Part shown: piece by piece, positions 8,913-18,012 of the stretch
Layout: each line of letters begins with the position of its first letter
Position numbering within the stretch: position 1 is the stretch's first letter
Source of the DNA: a virus
Virus record (IMG/VR): IMGVR_UViG_3300033692_000004
Coordinates: 1 to 64,000 of that record
Reading direction: 5' to 3' (one strand)
DNA length: 64,000 bases
Notes under the pieces: generated by a model
Seen by the model: the letters and a program-made list of their open reading frames with translations, nothing else
Databases searched by the model: none
Told to the model about the DNA's origin: nothing
Made by a program: the position numbers and the translations under genes

Positions 8913-9558
8913 AACTCCTAAAGGTCCAATTCTAAAGTATAACGAAAGCCTCAGCCCTGATCAGCATGAGGCTAAGAAAGTCATTAAAACCAGTGATATC
9001 AGCTGTTTAAAAGGTAAAGCTGGGTCAGGTAAAACTAGAATAGCTGTAACCTATGCTCTGGAGCAATATGCTCTAGGGCGTAAAAATGGTGGTATAGAAA
9101 AAATTGTAATAACTAGACCCCCTGTATTTAAGAAGGATCATAACATTGGCTTTCTCCCAGGTTCGATTTCAGAAAAATATTCGCCGTGGATCACTCCTCT
9201 GTATGAGATAGTTACAGAGATTGAAGGGGTGGAAGAATATGAGGAACTAGTTAAAAATAATATATTACAGATAGTACCTACAATGTTTATTCAAGGTAGA
9301 ACTTTCAGTAATGCTGTAGTTATTATTGATGAAGCTCAGAATCTTACCAGAGATGATACCATTGGGTTTTTCACCAGATTAGGCAAGAATTCTCAAATGA
9401 TATTTTGTGGAGACACTAATCAGTGTATTATTGACAAAAAAGAGTCTGGTTTTGAAAGGTTATGTGAGATGTCCAGAATAATAGACGGTATAAATATTTA
9501 CGAATTAGAGACTAATTGGAGACACCCTATTATTGAAGAACTGTTAAATGAGTATTAA
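8905..9558 (+). CDS. phoH: PhoH-like ATPase
   Basis: GKAGSGKT (Walker A), VVIIDEAQNLT (Walker B), FCGDTNQC. 217 aa. Confidence 0.88.
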   Translation: MARTPKGPILKYNESLSPDQHEAKKVIKTSDISCLKGKAGSGKTRIAVTYALEQYALGRKNGGIEKIVITRPPVFKKDHNIGFLPGSISEKYSPWITPLYEIVTEIEGVEEYEELVKNNILQIVPTMFIQGRTFSNAVVIIDEAQNLTRDDTIGFFTRLGKNSQMIFCGDTNQCIIDKKESGFERLCEMSRIIDGINIYELETNWRHPIIEELLNEY

Positions 9559-9582
9559 TATTAATTAAACTAAATTTTATAC

Positions 9583-11454
9583 ATGAATAGTAATATGGAT
9601 AGAAGTAGAGAGATTTTAAGTGAGATTACTATTTTTAACAAGTACGCAAGATATTTGCCTAATGAAGAGCGCAGGGAAACATGGTCTGAAATTGTAGATA
9701 GAAATATGTCAATGCATTTATCTAAGTTTCCTGAAATAGAAGATGATATTAAATGGGCATATCAATTTGTATATGATAAAAAAATACTCCCCTCTATGAG
9801 AAGTATGCAGTTTGCTGGACAAGCTTCAGAAATTAACCCCGCTAGGTTATATAATTGTAGTTTTATGGCAATTAATGACTATAGAGCTTTTCAGGAAACT
9901 ATGTTTCTATTATTAAGTGGGAGTGGGGTAGGATATTCTGTACAAGACCATCACGTAGAGCAATTACCTGATATACGTAAGCCTAATCCTAATAGGGTCA
10001 GGAGATATGTAATAGGCGATAGTATAGTAGGTTGGGCTGACTCTATTAAAGTATTAATGAAATCTTACTTTGGCAAAATAAGTTCTACTATACAATTTGA
10101 TTTCAGTGATATTAGACCTAAAGGAAGTCTACTTATTACTAGTGGAGGTAAAGCGCCTGGTCCTCAGCCATTAAAGGAATGTCTAATTAAGGTTAGGGGA
10201 GTACTAGATTCAAAAGAAGAAGGTACTAAACTAACTCCACTGGAAGTACATGATATAATGTGTCATATTGCAGATGCAGTATTGTCGGGTGGTATTAGAC
10301 GTGCTGCACTAATTGCCTTATTTTCAATAGATAATAAAGAAATGTTATCTTGCAAAACAGGTAATTGGTGGGAGCTTAATCCGCAAAGAGGTCGTGCTAA
10401 TAATAGTGCTGTAGTTGTTAGATCAAGAGCTACTAAAGTTGATTTCTATAAATTATGGGATTATATTAAAAACTCTGGTAGTGGAGAGCCGGGTATATCG
10501 TGGACTAATAACCCTGAATATGGATTCAATCCGTGTCATGAAATTAGTTTACAATCAGAACAAATGTGTAATTTGACCGAGGTCAACGTTTCTAATATAG
10601 AATCACAGAAAGATCTTAATGACAGAGTCAAAGCAGCAACTATTATTGGTACATTACAAGCAAGCTATACAGATTTTCATTACTTGAGGGACAGTTGGCG
10701 CAAGAATTGCGAAAAAGACGCATTATTAGGTGTTTCTATGACAGGTATTGCATCAATGAATGTATTTGATTATAATATTTCAGAAGCAGCTGATTTGGCC
10801 GTTAAAATCAATAAAGAGTTTGCTAACAAGATAGGTATTAAACCAGCTGCTAGAGTAACAACTGTTAAGCCAGCGGGTACAACAAGTCTAGTATTAGGAA
10901 CATCATCTGGTATACATGCTTGGCATGATAAGTATTACTGGCGTAGAATGAGAATTAATAAAAATGAAGCTATTTATACTTATCTTAGTATATATCACCC
11001 TGAATTATTAGAAGATGATTATTTTAATCCAGATACTACAGCTGTTATATCTGTACCTCAAAAAGCACCAGAGGGCTCTGTAACTAGAGAAGAATCTGCC
11101 TTAGATTTACTAAATAGAGTTCATTCTATTACAGATAAATGGGTTAAACCCGGTTTTAATACTGGTTACAATCAGCATAATGTAAGTTGTACAGTTTCTA
11201 TACGAGATAATGAATGGGACGAAGTAGCTAATTGGATGTGGATTAATAGGGATTTGTATAGTGGGATATCTGTATTACCTCATTCAGATCATAGCTATAA
11301 ACAAGCACCCTTTGAATCATGTACAGAAGAGGAATATAATAATGCTATTGAGAGTTTAAATAATATTGATTTAAGTAAAGTAGTAGAAACTTATGACAAT
11401 ACAGATTTGCAAGGGGAACTAGCTTGTTCTGGAGGTAATTGCGAAATATCTTAA
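9583..11454 (+). CDS. nrdJ: Ribonucleotide reductase, probably class II (adenosylcobalamin-dependent, NrdJ-like)
   Basis: NPCHEISL is the N-x-C-x-E catalytic loop. Also TVKPAGTTS loop and a C-terminal CSGGNCEIS Cys pair. 623 aa without an ATP-cone, and no beta-subunit gene nearby. The N-terminal FNKYARY...RETWSEIVDRN resembles NrdJ starts. Confidence 0.7.
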   Translation: MNSNMDRSREILSEITIFNKYARYLPNEERRETWSEIVDRNMSMHLSKFPEIEDDIKWAYQFVYDKKILPSMRSMQFAGQASEINPARLYNCSFMAINDYRAFQETMFLLLSGSGVGYSVQDHHVEQLPDIRKPNPNRVRRYVIGDSIVGWADSIKVLMKSYFGKISSTIQFDFSDIRPKGSLLITSGGKAPGPQPLKECLIKVRGVLDSKEEGTKLTPLEVHDIMCHIADAVLSGGIRRAALIALFSIDNKEMLSCKTGNWWELNPQRGRANNSAVVVRSRATKVDFYKLWDYIKNSGSGEPGISWTNNPEYGFNPCHEISLQSEQMCNLTEVNVSNIESQKDLNDRVKAATIIGTLQASYTDFHYLRDSWRKNCEKDALLGVSMTGIASMNVFDYNISEAADLAVKINKEFANKIGIKPAARVTTVKPAGTTSLVLGTSSGIHAWHDKYYWRRMRINKNEAIYTYLSIYHPELLEDDYFNPDTTAVISVPQKAPEGSVTREESALDLLNRVHSITDKWVKPGFNTGYNQHNVSCTVSIRDNEWDEVANWMWINRDLYSGISVLPHSDHSYKQAPFESCTEEEYNNAIESLNNIDLSKVVETYDNTDLQGELACSGGNCEIS

Positions 11455-11457
11455 TAT

Positions 11458-11622
11458 ATGGAAGAAAATTTATTACTAGAAGCTATTAATACACCTTATA
11501 CAGAGTGGCAAACAATTACAGATTTAATTGATAAGACAAATGATTATGTATTAAAAGAACGATTAAGACGTATTATGATTGAAAAGCATCATACAGAAGA
11601 ATATTATACTGGTAACTTATAA
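11458..11622 (+). CDS. Micro-ORF (54 aa), hypothetical
   Basis: ATG 3 nt after the nrdJ stop. Translation: MEENLLLEAINTPYTEWQTITDLIDKTNDYVLKERLRRIMIEKHHTEEYYTGNL. Below the ORF-track length cutoff. Fills an otherwise empty gap. Confidence 0.35.
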   Translation: MEENLLLEAINTPYTEWQTITDLIDKTNDYVLKERLRRIMIEKHHTEEYYTGNL

Positions 11623-11631
11623 AACTAATTT

Positions 11632-11802
11632 ATGTTATATTGTATAGAAGTAGATAGAAGTGGATTGCCCGAAGAAAATATGGTACTTCACTATGATTTT
11701 GATAAAGAACCTACTAGAGAGGAAATTATAGAGAGGGTTATAGCAGAGGATTGTGGCTATGATGACCATTACTGTAAAGTAGATTATTATAGGGTTAACT
11801 AA
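11632..11802 (+). CDS. Micro-ORF (56 aa), hypothetical
   Basis: Translation: MLYCIEVDRSGLPEENMVLHYDFDKEPTREEIIERVIAEDCGYDDHYCKVDYYRVN. Preceded and followed by the identical 15-nt junction TAAAACTAATTTATG. Confidence 0.35.
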   Translation: MLYCIEVDRSGLPEENMVLHYDFDKEPTREEIIERVIAEDCGYDDHYCKVDYYRVN

Positions 11803-11811
11803 AACTAATTT

Positions 11812-12246
11812 ATGCTAAATATTAAGATTAAACCAACACATACTAATTTTATACCCCCAACTAAAGGTAGCGAATATGCTGCCTGTTGGGATGTATATGC
11901 TGCTGATATTAAACGAATAGATTTTGGTAAGTATGAAGTAGATCTAGGGTTTGCTACTGAAATTCCAGAAGGATATAAAGGTGTTATTGTACCTAGAAGT
12001 AGTATTACTAAGACAGAACTTATTATGCAAAATAGTCCTGCTCAAATTGATTCTGATTATAGAGGTAATTGGAAAATTAAATTTCTATATATGATTGATG
12101 TAGGAGATAATGACTTCCCATATCAAGTGGGAGACAGAGTAGCCCAGATTTATTTTGAAAAAGTTGAACCATTTAATTGGGATCTTGTTAATATACTATC
12201 AGATACTAATAGAGGTTCTGGAGGATTTGGTAGTACAGGTAAATAA
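11812..12246 (+). CDS. dut: dUTP pyrophosphatase (trimeric dUTPase)
   Basis: VPRSS, IDSDYRG, GDRVAQ and C-terminal RGSGGFGSTG (motif 5). 144 aa. Confidence 0.9.
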   Translation: MLNIKIKPTHTNFIPPTKGSEYAACWDVYAADIKRIDFGKYEVDLGFATEIPEGYKGVIVPRSSITKTELIMQNSPAQIDSDYRGNWKIKFLYMIDVGDNDFPYQVGDRVAQIYFEKVEPFNWDLVNILSDTNRGSGGFGSTGK

Positions 12247-12256
12247 TTAATTTAAT

Positions 12257-13345
12257 ATGATTCACGTATATGACATAGAAACACTTCCCAACATATTCTG
12301 TTTAGTAGCCAAAGATATTAATACTAAACAGATACATACATTTGAAATAAGTTATAGATTAAACCAGGTTGATAGGTTGATTAAATACCTATCATCCCCT
12401 GGTTTAAAACATATAGGTTATAATAATCTTGCATTTGATTATCCTGTAATACATTGGTTACTTAATAACTATTATAAATATAAAAATACTGATGAACTTA
12501 TATTAGCAATACATAACTATGCCAATTATATAATTAGTTTAGAGTATTCAACTGTACGAGATAGAGATGTAAAAATACCACAATTAGATTTATATAAAAT
12601 ATGGCATTTTGATAATAAGGCTAAAGCAACATCTCTCAAAGCACTTGAAATTGCTATGCGAATGGAAACTGTACAAGATTTACCATTTGGTAATAAAGAA
12701 GAAGTACCGTTAGAATATTTTAATGATGTTATTAATTACTGTATAAATGATGTGGATGCTACACATAAATTTTATCTAGAGTCTAAAAATGAGATTATAT
12801 TACGTCAAGATTTATCAAAAGAACACGATCTCGATTTAATAAATGCTAACGATCCTAAAATAGGTGAACAAATATTTCTTAGCAAATTAGCTACTGAAAT
12901 GAATATAAATAAGTGGGATCTTAAAAAAATGCGTACTTATGTAGATAAACTAGAGTTTAACAAGTATATACTGGATATTATTAAGTTTCAAACTCCAGAA
13001 CTAAATACTTTATTAAATAAAATTAAATCATTTACTACTACAGATACTAAAGGTAGTTTTCATTATTCAGCTAAATTAGGTGATTTTACAATAGACTATG
13101 GTCAAGGCGGACTGCATGGTTGTATTGAACCTGGAGTATATGAATCTGATGAAAATAAAGTAATTTTAGATCTTGATGTAGCTAGTTTTTATCCAAATCT
13201 TGCAATTGTAAATAATATTAGACCTAGACATTTAGGAGAAGCATTTAGTAATATATATAAAGATATGTATTTTAAACGTAAATCTATACCTAAATCTGAT
13301 TCTAGGAACTATGGATTAAAGATAGCATTAAACGGTTCATTTGGT
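12257..13345 (+). CDS. Family-B DNA polymerase, exon 1 (3'-5' exonuclease domain plus palm motifs A and B)
   Basis: VYDIETLPN (Exo I), YNNLAFDYPV (Exo II), YCINDVDAT (Exo III), LDVASFYPNLA (motif A, DxxSLYPS), KIALNGSFG (motif B, KxxxNSxYG). The frame then hits TAA at 13346-13348, which I read as the first intron codon. Confidence 0.8.
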
Positions 13346-13410
13346 TAAGATAAAGTTTATAATAGATTAAATTAAAGTCGCATTTACTTGCGTTTTACAT
13401 TATTATTTAT

Positions 13411-13418
13411 TATATTTG
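13411..13418 (+). promoter_or_regulatory. Candidate -7 box TATATTTG (TAnnTTTG) for the intron-borne endonuclease gene
   Basis: Exact TAnnTTTG match 15 nt upstream of ATG 13434. A TTG lies at 13387-13389, about 21 nt upstream. Confidence 0.3.
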
Positions 13419-13433
13419 TATTAAAATTTTAAT

Positions 13434-14258
13434 ATGAATATTGATAGTAATAGTGTGGTAAATTTAAAGAAGATTGGTATTTATAAAATAACCAATTTAG
13501 TTACTGGTATGTTCTACATAGGAAGTACTAGACAATCTTTTATTGTAAGATTTAGACATCATCATTCGATGCTTAAAAATAATAAGCATGATAATATTCA
13601 CCTCCAGAGAAGTTGGAATAAACACGGTGAAGATAATATGGTGTTTGAAATACTTGAAGTAATAGAAGATAAGTCAAAAGTTTTAGACAGAGAACAATAT
13701 TATATTGATAAATATAGTATTGAAAATTTGTACAATATTAATCCTTTAGCTAAAGAAATACCTAAAGTATCTAAAGAAGTTATAATTAGACGTACAGAAG
13801 CTATAAAGAGATTCTGGAAAGATAATGGTACGGAAAAGCTAAAAGGAAAAATACCTTGGAATAAAGGTAAGAAGTATAAATCAACAGATCATTTAAAAGT
13901 TCCTAAAAAGAGGAAAGGGGATAGATCTAAAGACAATGCAACTAAAAGGTCTGCTCTTCCCGAAGTTGACGTATATGATATTAATATGAATTTTTTAGGT
14001 CGATGGAATTCAGCTAAAGACTTAGAGGACTGGTCTAAAACTAATGAAAATAATTTACCAATTATTGCTCGTAAAGGGTCTTTAAAAGGTTGTTCAGAAA
14101 AACAGTTATTATCTCAATGGATTATAAAAAGTAATAACTCTGGAAAACCTTATAAAAATCTCTATTTTAAACTTATAGCCCCTCCTAGTAGCAATATTAG
14201 AGAGGAATCGGATAAATTGCTGGAAAACCCTGAAGAGGACAATCAGCAGCCAAGCTAG
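13434..14258 (+). CDS. GIY-YIG homing endonuclease (I-TevI-like architecture)
   Basis: IGIYKITNLVTGMFYIGST (GIY-x10-YIG), conserved Arg (RFRHHH), REQYYI (catalytic Glu), YN. The C-terminal EVDVYDINMNFLGRWNSAKDLEDW is a NUMOD-like DNA-binding module. Confidence 0.9.
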   Translation: MNIDSNSVVNLKKIGIYKITNLVTGMFYIGSTRQSFIVRFRHHHSMLKNNKHDNIHLQRSWNKHGEDNMVFEILEVIEDKSKVLDREQYYIDKYSIENLYNINPLAKEIPKVSKEVIIRRTEAIKRFWKDNGTEKLKGKIPWNKGKKYKSTDHLKVPKKRKGDRSKDNATKRSALPEVDVYDINMNFLGRWNSAKDLEDWSKTNENNLPIIARKGSLKGCSEKQLLSQWIIKSNNSGKPYKNLYFKLIAPPSSNIREESDKLLENPEEDNQQPS

Positions 14259-14532
14259 CCCTTAAAAAAGCTAGAAGGTTCAACGACTAGATATTGAAAC
14301 TAAATAAGTTATATTAGTAAATAAGTAAACTAATATGTAAAAGTGGGATGTGGGATTAGAATTGTCCATCATCTAAGGAAAATGATGTGTTATACCACTT
14401 TCCTTGTTTAGAATATAATATATCCACGAACATCCGACATCCTAATGGGATGATGATATAGTCTGAGCTACACATATAACTTAAAAACGAAAGTGTAGAA
14501 ATGGTAATTAAAAAAGCCATATTAACAAACTG

Positions 14533-15420
14533 AAAATGAATGATGAAAATAGTTTCTTGTATGACCCTGAATCATTACTTAGAATTACACTAAATGGACA
14601 GTTATCATTATCAATGTTATTGGAAACCATATATCTTACAGTACCTGTAATATTTTTACAAGGTAACACTGATGGATTTACATTACAATGTAATAGATCG
14701 GATGTTGATGTAATTCAAAAACTTACTAAAGAATGGGAGGAATATACTCATTTAGAAATGGAGTTTGCTGAATATAGTAAAATGGTTATTAGAGATGTAA
14801 ATAATTATTTAGCAGTATACGATAATGGTAAGATTAAATACAAAGGTGCATTTGAAATAGATAGAGCATGGCATAAAAATCATTCAATGCGAATTGTACC
14901 ATTAGCATTATCTGAATATTATATTAATAATAAACCTATTGTAAATACTATATCTAATCATTTGTCAGGTAAAAACTACACTACTAATAATCCAGATAAA
15001 CCAATTAAAAACTATGGTATATTAGACTTCTGTAAAAGAGGTAGAGCTACTGGTAAAAACAAATTAGTAGCAAGAAAGAATAATGTAGATAAACCATTAC
15101 AGAAGAATAATAGATATTATATTGCTAAAGATGGTATTGATTTAATTAAAGTAATGCCAGCATTAAAAAATTCAGATGGTACATACAAGGCTGATAGATT
15201 AGAAAAATATCGTAAGCAAAATCCTAATCAGCTAGATATGTTTCACTTTATAGAAGATGTACTAGTTGAAAAAGATCGTGAAACAAATTTAGAAGTTGGA
15301 TACAAGTGTGAATTACTTAATATAATTAAAGATATAGACTATCATAGTAATAATATTAATAAAGATTATTATATTAGAGAATGTTATAAAATAATTGATG
15401 TAATAAACAATGGACATTAA
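14533..15420 (+). CDS. Family-B DNA polymerase, exon 2 (motif C, thumb)
   Basis: The frame is open from 14512 (the track ATG is 14536). YDPESLLRITLNGQL continues motif B, LQGNTDGFTL corresponds to motif C (YGDTDS-like), and KYKGAFE is KxY-like. Confidence 0.75.
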   Translation, partial: KMNDENSFLYDPESLLRITLNGQLSLSMLLETIYLTVPVIFLQGNTDGFTLQCNRSDVDVIQKLTKEWEEYTHLEMEFAEYSKMVIRDVNNYLAVYDNGKIKYKGAFEIDRAWHKNHSMRIVPLALSEYYINNKPIVNTISNHLSGKNYTTNNPDKPIKNYGILDFCKRGRATGKNKLVARKNNVDKPLQKNNRYYIAKDGIDLIKVMPALKNSDGTYKADRLEKYRKQNPNQLDMFHFIEDVLVEKDRETNLEVGYKCELLNIIKDIDYHSNNINKDYYIRECYKIIDVINNGH

Positions 15421-15601
15421 AACTATAGGTAAGATATATAGATTAGTAAGAGAGTATGAGGATATACCCCAAAATAATGTAAAAGAGCTTGATTTAAGGC
15501 ATAAATCAGAGAAAGAGCAGTTACTGTTCAGTAGAGGCTATAAAGATGGTTATTTGGCCTGTATTAATAAATTAAAAGATATTATTGATGGTAAATTATA
15601 A
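15410..15601 (+). CDS. Hypothetical protein (63 aa)
   Basis: ATG overlaps the polymerase 3' end. Confidence 0.45.
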   Translation: MDIKTIGKIYRLVREYEDIPQNNVKELDLRHKSEKEQLLFSRGYKDGYLACINKLKDIIDGKL

Positions 15602-16142
15602 GATATTGGAATCAGAATATGTTCCAGGTAGAAGGTTTATAGGTTATACTCCTAAAGATGTATTAGATATTAAGAGTGTAATGAGAATGAGTGATGGTAA
15701 AATATTTAGTTTAGGAGATAAAATAGTACTAGATAAATATATGATGGGTCGAAAATATATTACCATTGATGAAATATACTGGAATGAACACGACCAACTA
15801 TCTTTTAGCACAAATATAGGGCCTGCACCTAAGCATTTTAATTTCGGGTTATCAGACATTAATTGTAGAGACTATAAAGAACCCTATAATGACTTTAAAA
15901 GCATATACAACAGCTTGTTACGTATGCAAGAAGCTAAAGATAAAGCTTATGGTAATAGTGCATTAAAGCCGTTAGATATATTTGCTAAGCATCATAATTA
16001 TGGTGCTAGGTTGGATGAAAAGTTAGCAAGGGTGCAGAACTCAACCGAGTTACGTAAAAATGATGTAGCAGATTTAATAGGGGGGTTAGTATTAATTTGT
16101 AAAGATAAAGGTTGGACTAATTTTGATGATTTAATTGATTAG
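15588..16142 (+). CDS. Hypothetical protein with a C-terminal all-alpha MazG/DUF1599-like segment (weak)
   Basis: QEAKDKAYGNSALKPLDIFAKHHNYGARLDEKLARVQN...DVADLIGGLVLI resembles the K..YG...G...R..DKL.R helix pair of MazG-type NTP pyrophosphohydrolase-like domains. ATG at 15588 (the track start 15585 is TTG). Confidence 0.3.
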   Translation: MVNYKILESEYVPGRRFIGYTPKDVLDIKSVMRMSDGKIFSLGDKIVLDKYMMGRKYITIDEIYWNEHDQLSFSTNIGPAPKHFNFGLSDINCRDYKEPYNDFKSIYNSLLRMQEAKDKAYGNSALKPLDIFAKHHNYGARLDEKLARVQNSTELRKNDVADLIGGLVLICKDKGWTNFDDLID

Positions 16143-16144
16143 AT

Positions 16145-16582
16145 ATGGCAGGTAGAGAAAAAATTAAATGTTATCAATACGATAGCAATGGAAAATATTT
16201 AGGTAAATATAATTCTGTTTCAGAGTTGAGAAGAAAATATTTTAATAAACACAAAGGAAAAACACCTTTATTTATTAGTAAAAATTACCATGTATTACCA
16301 GATAATACAGTTGCAACCTTAGAAAGATTGGGTAGAGACGAGGTAAAAAGAATATTTAAAATACATCATAATCCACTATTGAAAAAGTATAATACAAAAT
16401 ACAATGCTACGCCTATAGAAATATATGATATATTAGGTAATAAAATAGCTGAATTTAAAAATAAAAGTTGTGCAGAAGAGTTACTAAAGTTTAGTAAATC
16501 TCAAATATATGGATATTTACAGAAAGCAGGAAATAATTTTCCAAATAATGATCTAGGTATAAGTATTAAATATAAGAAATAA
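16145..16582 (+). CDS. Stand-alone tandem NUMOD-like DNA-binding protein (no nuclease domain)
   Basis: Two copies of the h-x-x-Y-D-x-x-G-x-x-h-x-x-F/Y-x-S module: IKCYQYDSNGKYLGKYNSVSEL and IEIYDILGNKIAEFKNKSCAEEL. The same module occurs in the C-terminus of the intron endonuclease. Confidence 0.35.
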   Translation: MAGREKIKCYQYDSNGKYLGKYNSVSELRRKYFNKHKGKTPLFISKNYHVLPDNTVATLERLGRDEVKRIFKIHHNPLLKKYNTKYNATPIEIYDILGNKIAEFKNKSCAEELLKFSKSQIYGYLQKAGNNFPNNDLGISIKYKK

Positions 16583-16592
16583 TTAATTAAGT

Positions 16593-16889
16593 ATGCTTAC
16601 AGATTCAGAACGAGATGAAATTACTGATAAACTAAGGGAAGTGCTTAATGATACATTGAGCTTTTATCCCTTCAAATTACGTCGAAAAGAACTTGAATGG
16701 AAACAAGTATTGGATGAAAATAAAAAGGTCTTAAATGAGCCTAAAATGCATGTTATTTCTGAAATGGATACTAGTCATCTACATAATATTCTTTTAGATA
16801 CAGATTATGATAATAATAATAACTACGATCTAATATTAAGAACTATTTGGGAAGAATACCATTATCGTAAAAACAATCATTTAGATTAA
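16593..16889 (+). CDS. Hypothetical protein (98 aa)
   Basis: ORF in operon orientation; no motif. Confidence 0.5.
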   Translation: MLTDSERDEITDKLREVLNDTLSFYPFKLRRKELEWKQVLDENKKVLNEPKMHVISEMDTSHLHNILLDTDYDNNNNYDLILRTIWEEYHYRKNNHLD

Positions 16890-16933
16890 TTAATGTTAAA
16901 TTATACTAGTATTTAGTTAAAAATATATAAATT

Positions 16934-17161
16934 ATGTTAGAATTACTATTAATTATTTGGTTATCAATAGGATTTATTGTAAGTTTGTCGACTTTTTTCA
17001 TAACATTATATGAAACAGACTACTTGGTAGTAACAATGGAAGATGTATTTGCACTACTAGTACATATTACTAGTGGACCATTGTATATACTATATATGTT
17101 AATTGAAAAATATATAAGCATGGACGATATTGAACTATATGTTCATCATCGACGACGATAA
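16934..17161 (+). CDS. Small two-TM membrane protein, holin candidate
   Basis: 75 aa. Hydrophobic stretches LLLIIWLSIGFIVSLSTFFITL and FALLVHITSGPLYILYMLI, with a basic C-terminus HHRRR. Lies immediately upstream of the lysozyme-like gene. Confidence 0.45.
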   Translation: MLELLLIIWLSIGFIVSLSTFFITLYETDYLVVTMEDVFALLVHITSGPLYILYMLIEKYISMDDIELYVHHRRR

Positions 17162-17179
17162 TAACTTAAATTATATTAT

Positions 17180-17788
17180 ATGAGAAAGCTGATTACACTA
17201 CTTATTTTATTAGTAACTTTTACAGCAACAACTAGTACTTCTACTAGATTAATTGAATTTACACAGGCAGATGATGAAAGATCTCTTGAAAGATTCAAAT
17301 ATAGGATTGAATTAGCAGAGATGAAGAAGATGTATGCAAAAGGATTAGAGGAGTTTCTAGACCATCTAGCTAAAAGAGAATCTTCCAATAACCCTACTAT
17401 TGTAAATACTTATGGTTATATTGGAAAGTATCAGTTTGGAAGAGCAGCGCTAAAAGAAGTAGGTTGTGATTCAGTTACTGTGACTAAATTTATTAAAGAC
17501 CCTAGTGTATTTCCTGAAGAAGTACAGGATGAAGCAGTTATTAAGTTAATGAAAATTAACAGAGAACGTATTGGTAAGTTAGTAGATACTTATAAAGGTA
17601 AAACTATTAATGGTGTAGAAATTACAGAAGCTGGACTATTAGCTGCTGCACATTTGGCAGGTGCTGGTGGCGTTAAAAGATTTCTAAAATCTAATGGTAA
17701 ATATAATCCTGCTGATGGGTATGGTACTAAACTTACTAATTATTTAAAAGATTTTCAACATCATAAAATAAATTTAAAGTATGTTTAA
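17180..17788 (+). CDS. Secreted/anchored lysozyme-like peptidoglycan hydrolase (lytic-transglycosylase-type E-S motif), endolysin candidate
   Basis: N-terminal signal/anchor MRKLITLLILLVTFTATT. LAKRESSNNP...GYIGKYQFG resembles the E-S...G.YQ catalytic region of the SLT/lysozyme-like superfamily. AAHLAGAGG is also present. Confidence 0.5.
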   Translation: MRKLITLLILLVTFTATTSTSTRLIEFTQADDERSLERFKYRIELAEMKKMYAKGLEEFLDHLAKRESSNNPTIVNTYGYIGKYQFGRAALKEVGCDSVTVTKFIKDPSVFPEEVQDEAVIKLMKINRERIGKLVDTYKGKTINGVEITEAGLLAAAHLAGAGGVKRFLKSNGKYNPADGYGTKLTNYLKDFQHHKINLKYV

Positions 17789-17993
17789 AAGATTGAATAA
17801 GTGGTATAAGAAAAATACTGGTTACATTATAGGTACTGCTGGTATACTAGCAGGATTATGGTTTATAATCCTACCAGAAACAGTTCCAAATTGGATAATT
17901 ATTATGTGGGGTATTTATTTTATAGCTAATGGTTTAATTAGTTTGGCTGATAATTACCTAGATATGAATATTGAAATAGATCCGTTTGATTAG
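17781..17993 (+). CDS. Small two-TM membrane protein (holin/antiholin candidate)
   Basis: 70 aa. Hydrophobic stretches YIIGTAGILAGLWFIIL and WIIIMWGIYFIANGLISL. Overlaps the hydrolase gene end. Confidence 0.45.
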   Translation: MFKRLNKWYKKNTGYIIGTAGILAGLWFIILPETVPNWIIIMWGIYFIANGLISLADNYLDMNIEIDPFD

Positions 17994-18012
17994 TTAATAT
18001 AATGTAAGTATT

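Larger units (their letters stand above)
13346..14532 (+). mobile_element. Group-I-type self-splicing intron with embedded homing-endonuclease ORF (boundaries +/- ~10 nt)
   Basis: The polymerase is interrupted exactly inside motif B, with motif C in the next ORF. The proposed 5' splice site follows a U (GGU|) and the 3' splice site follows a G (CUG|), restoring the frame as ...NGSFG-KMNDENSFLYD... The 274 nt after the HE stop is non-coding. It contains nested helices: GGATGT/ACATCC around 14346-14430 and CTACAC/GTGTAG at 14469-14500. Confidence 0.7.
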
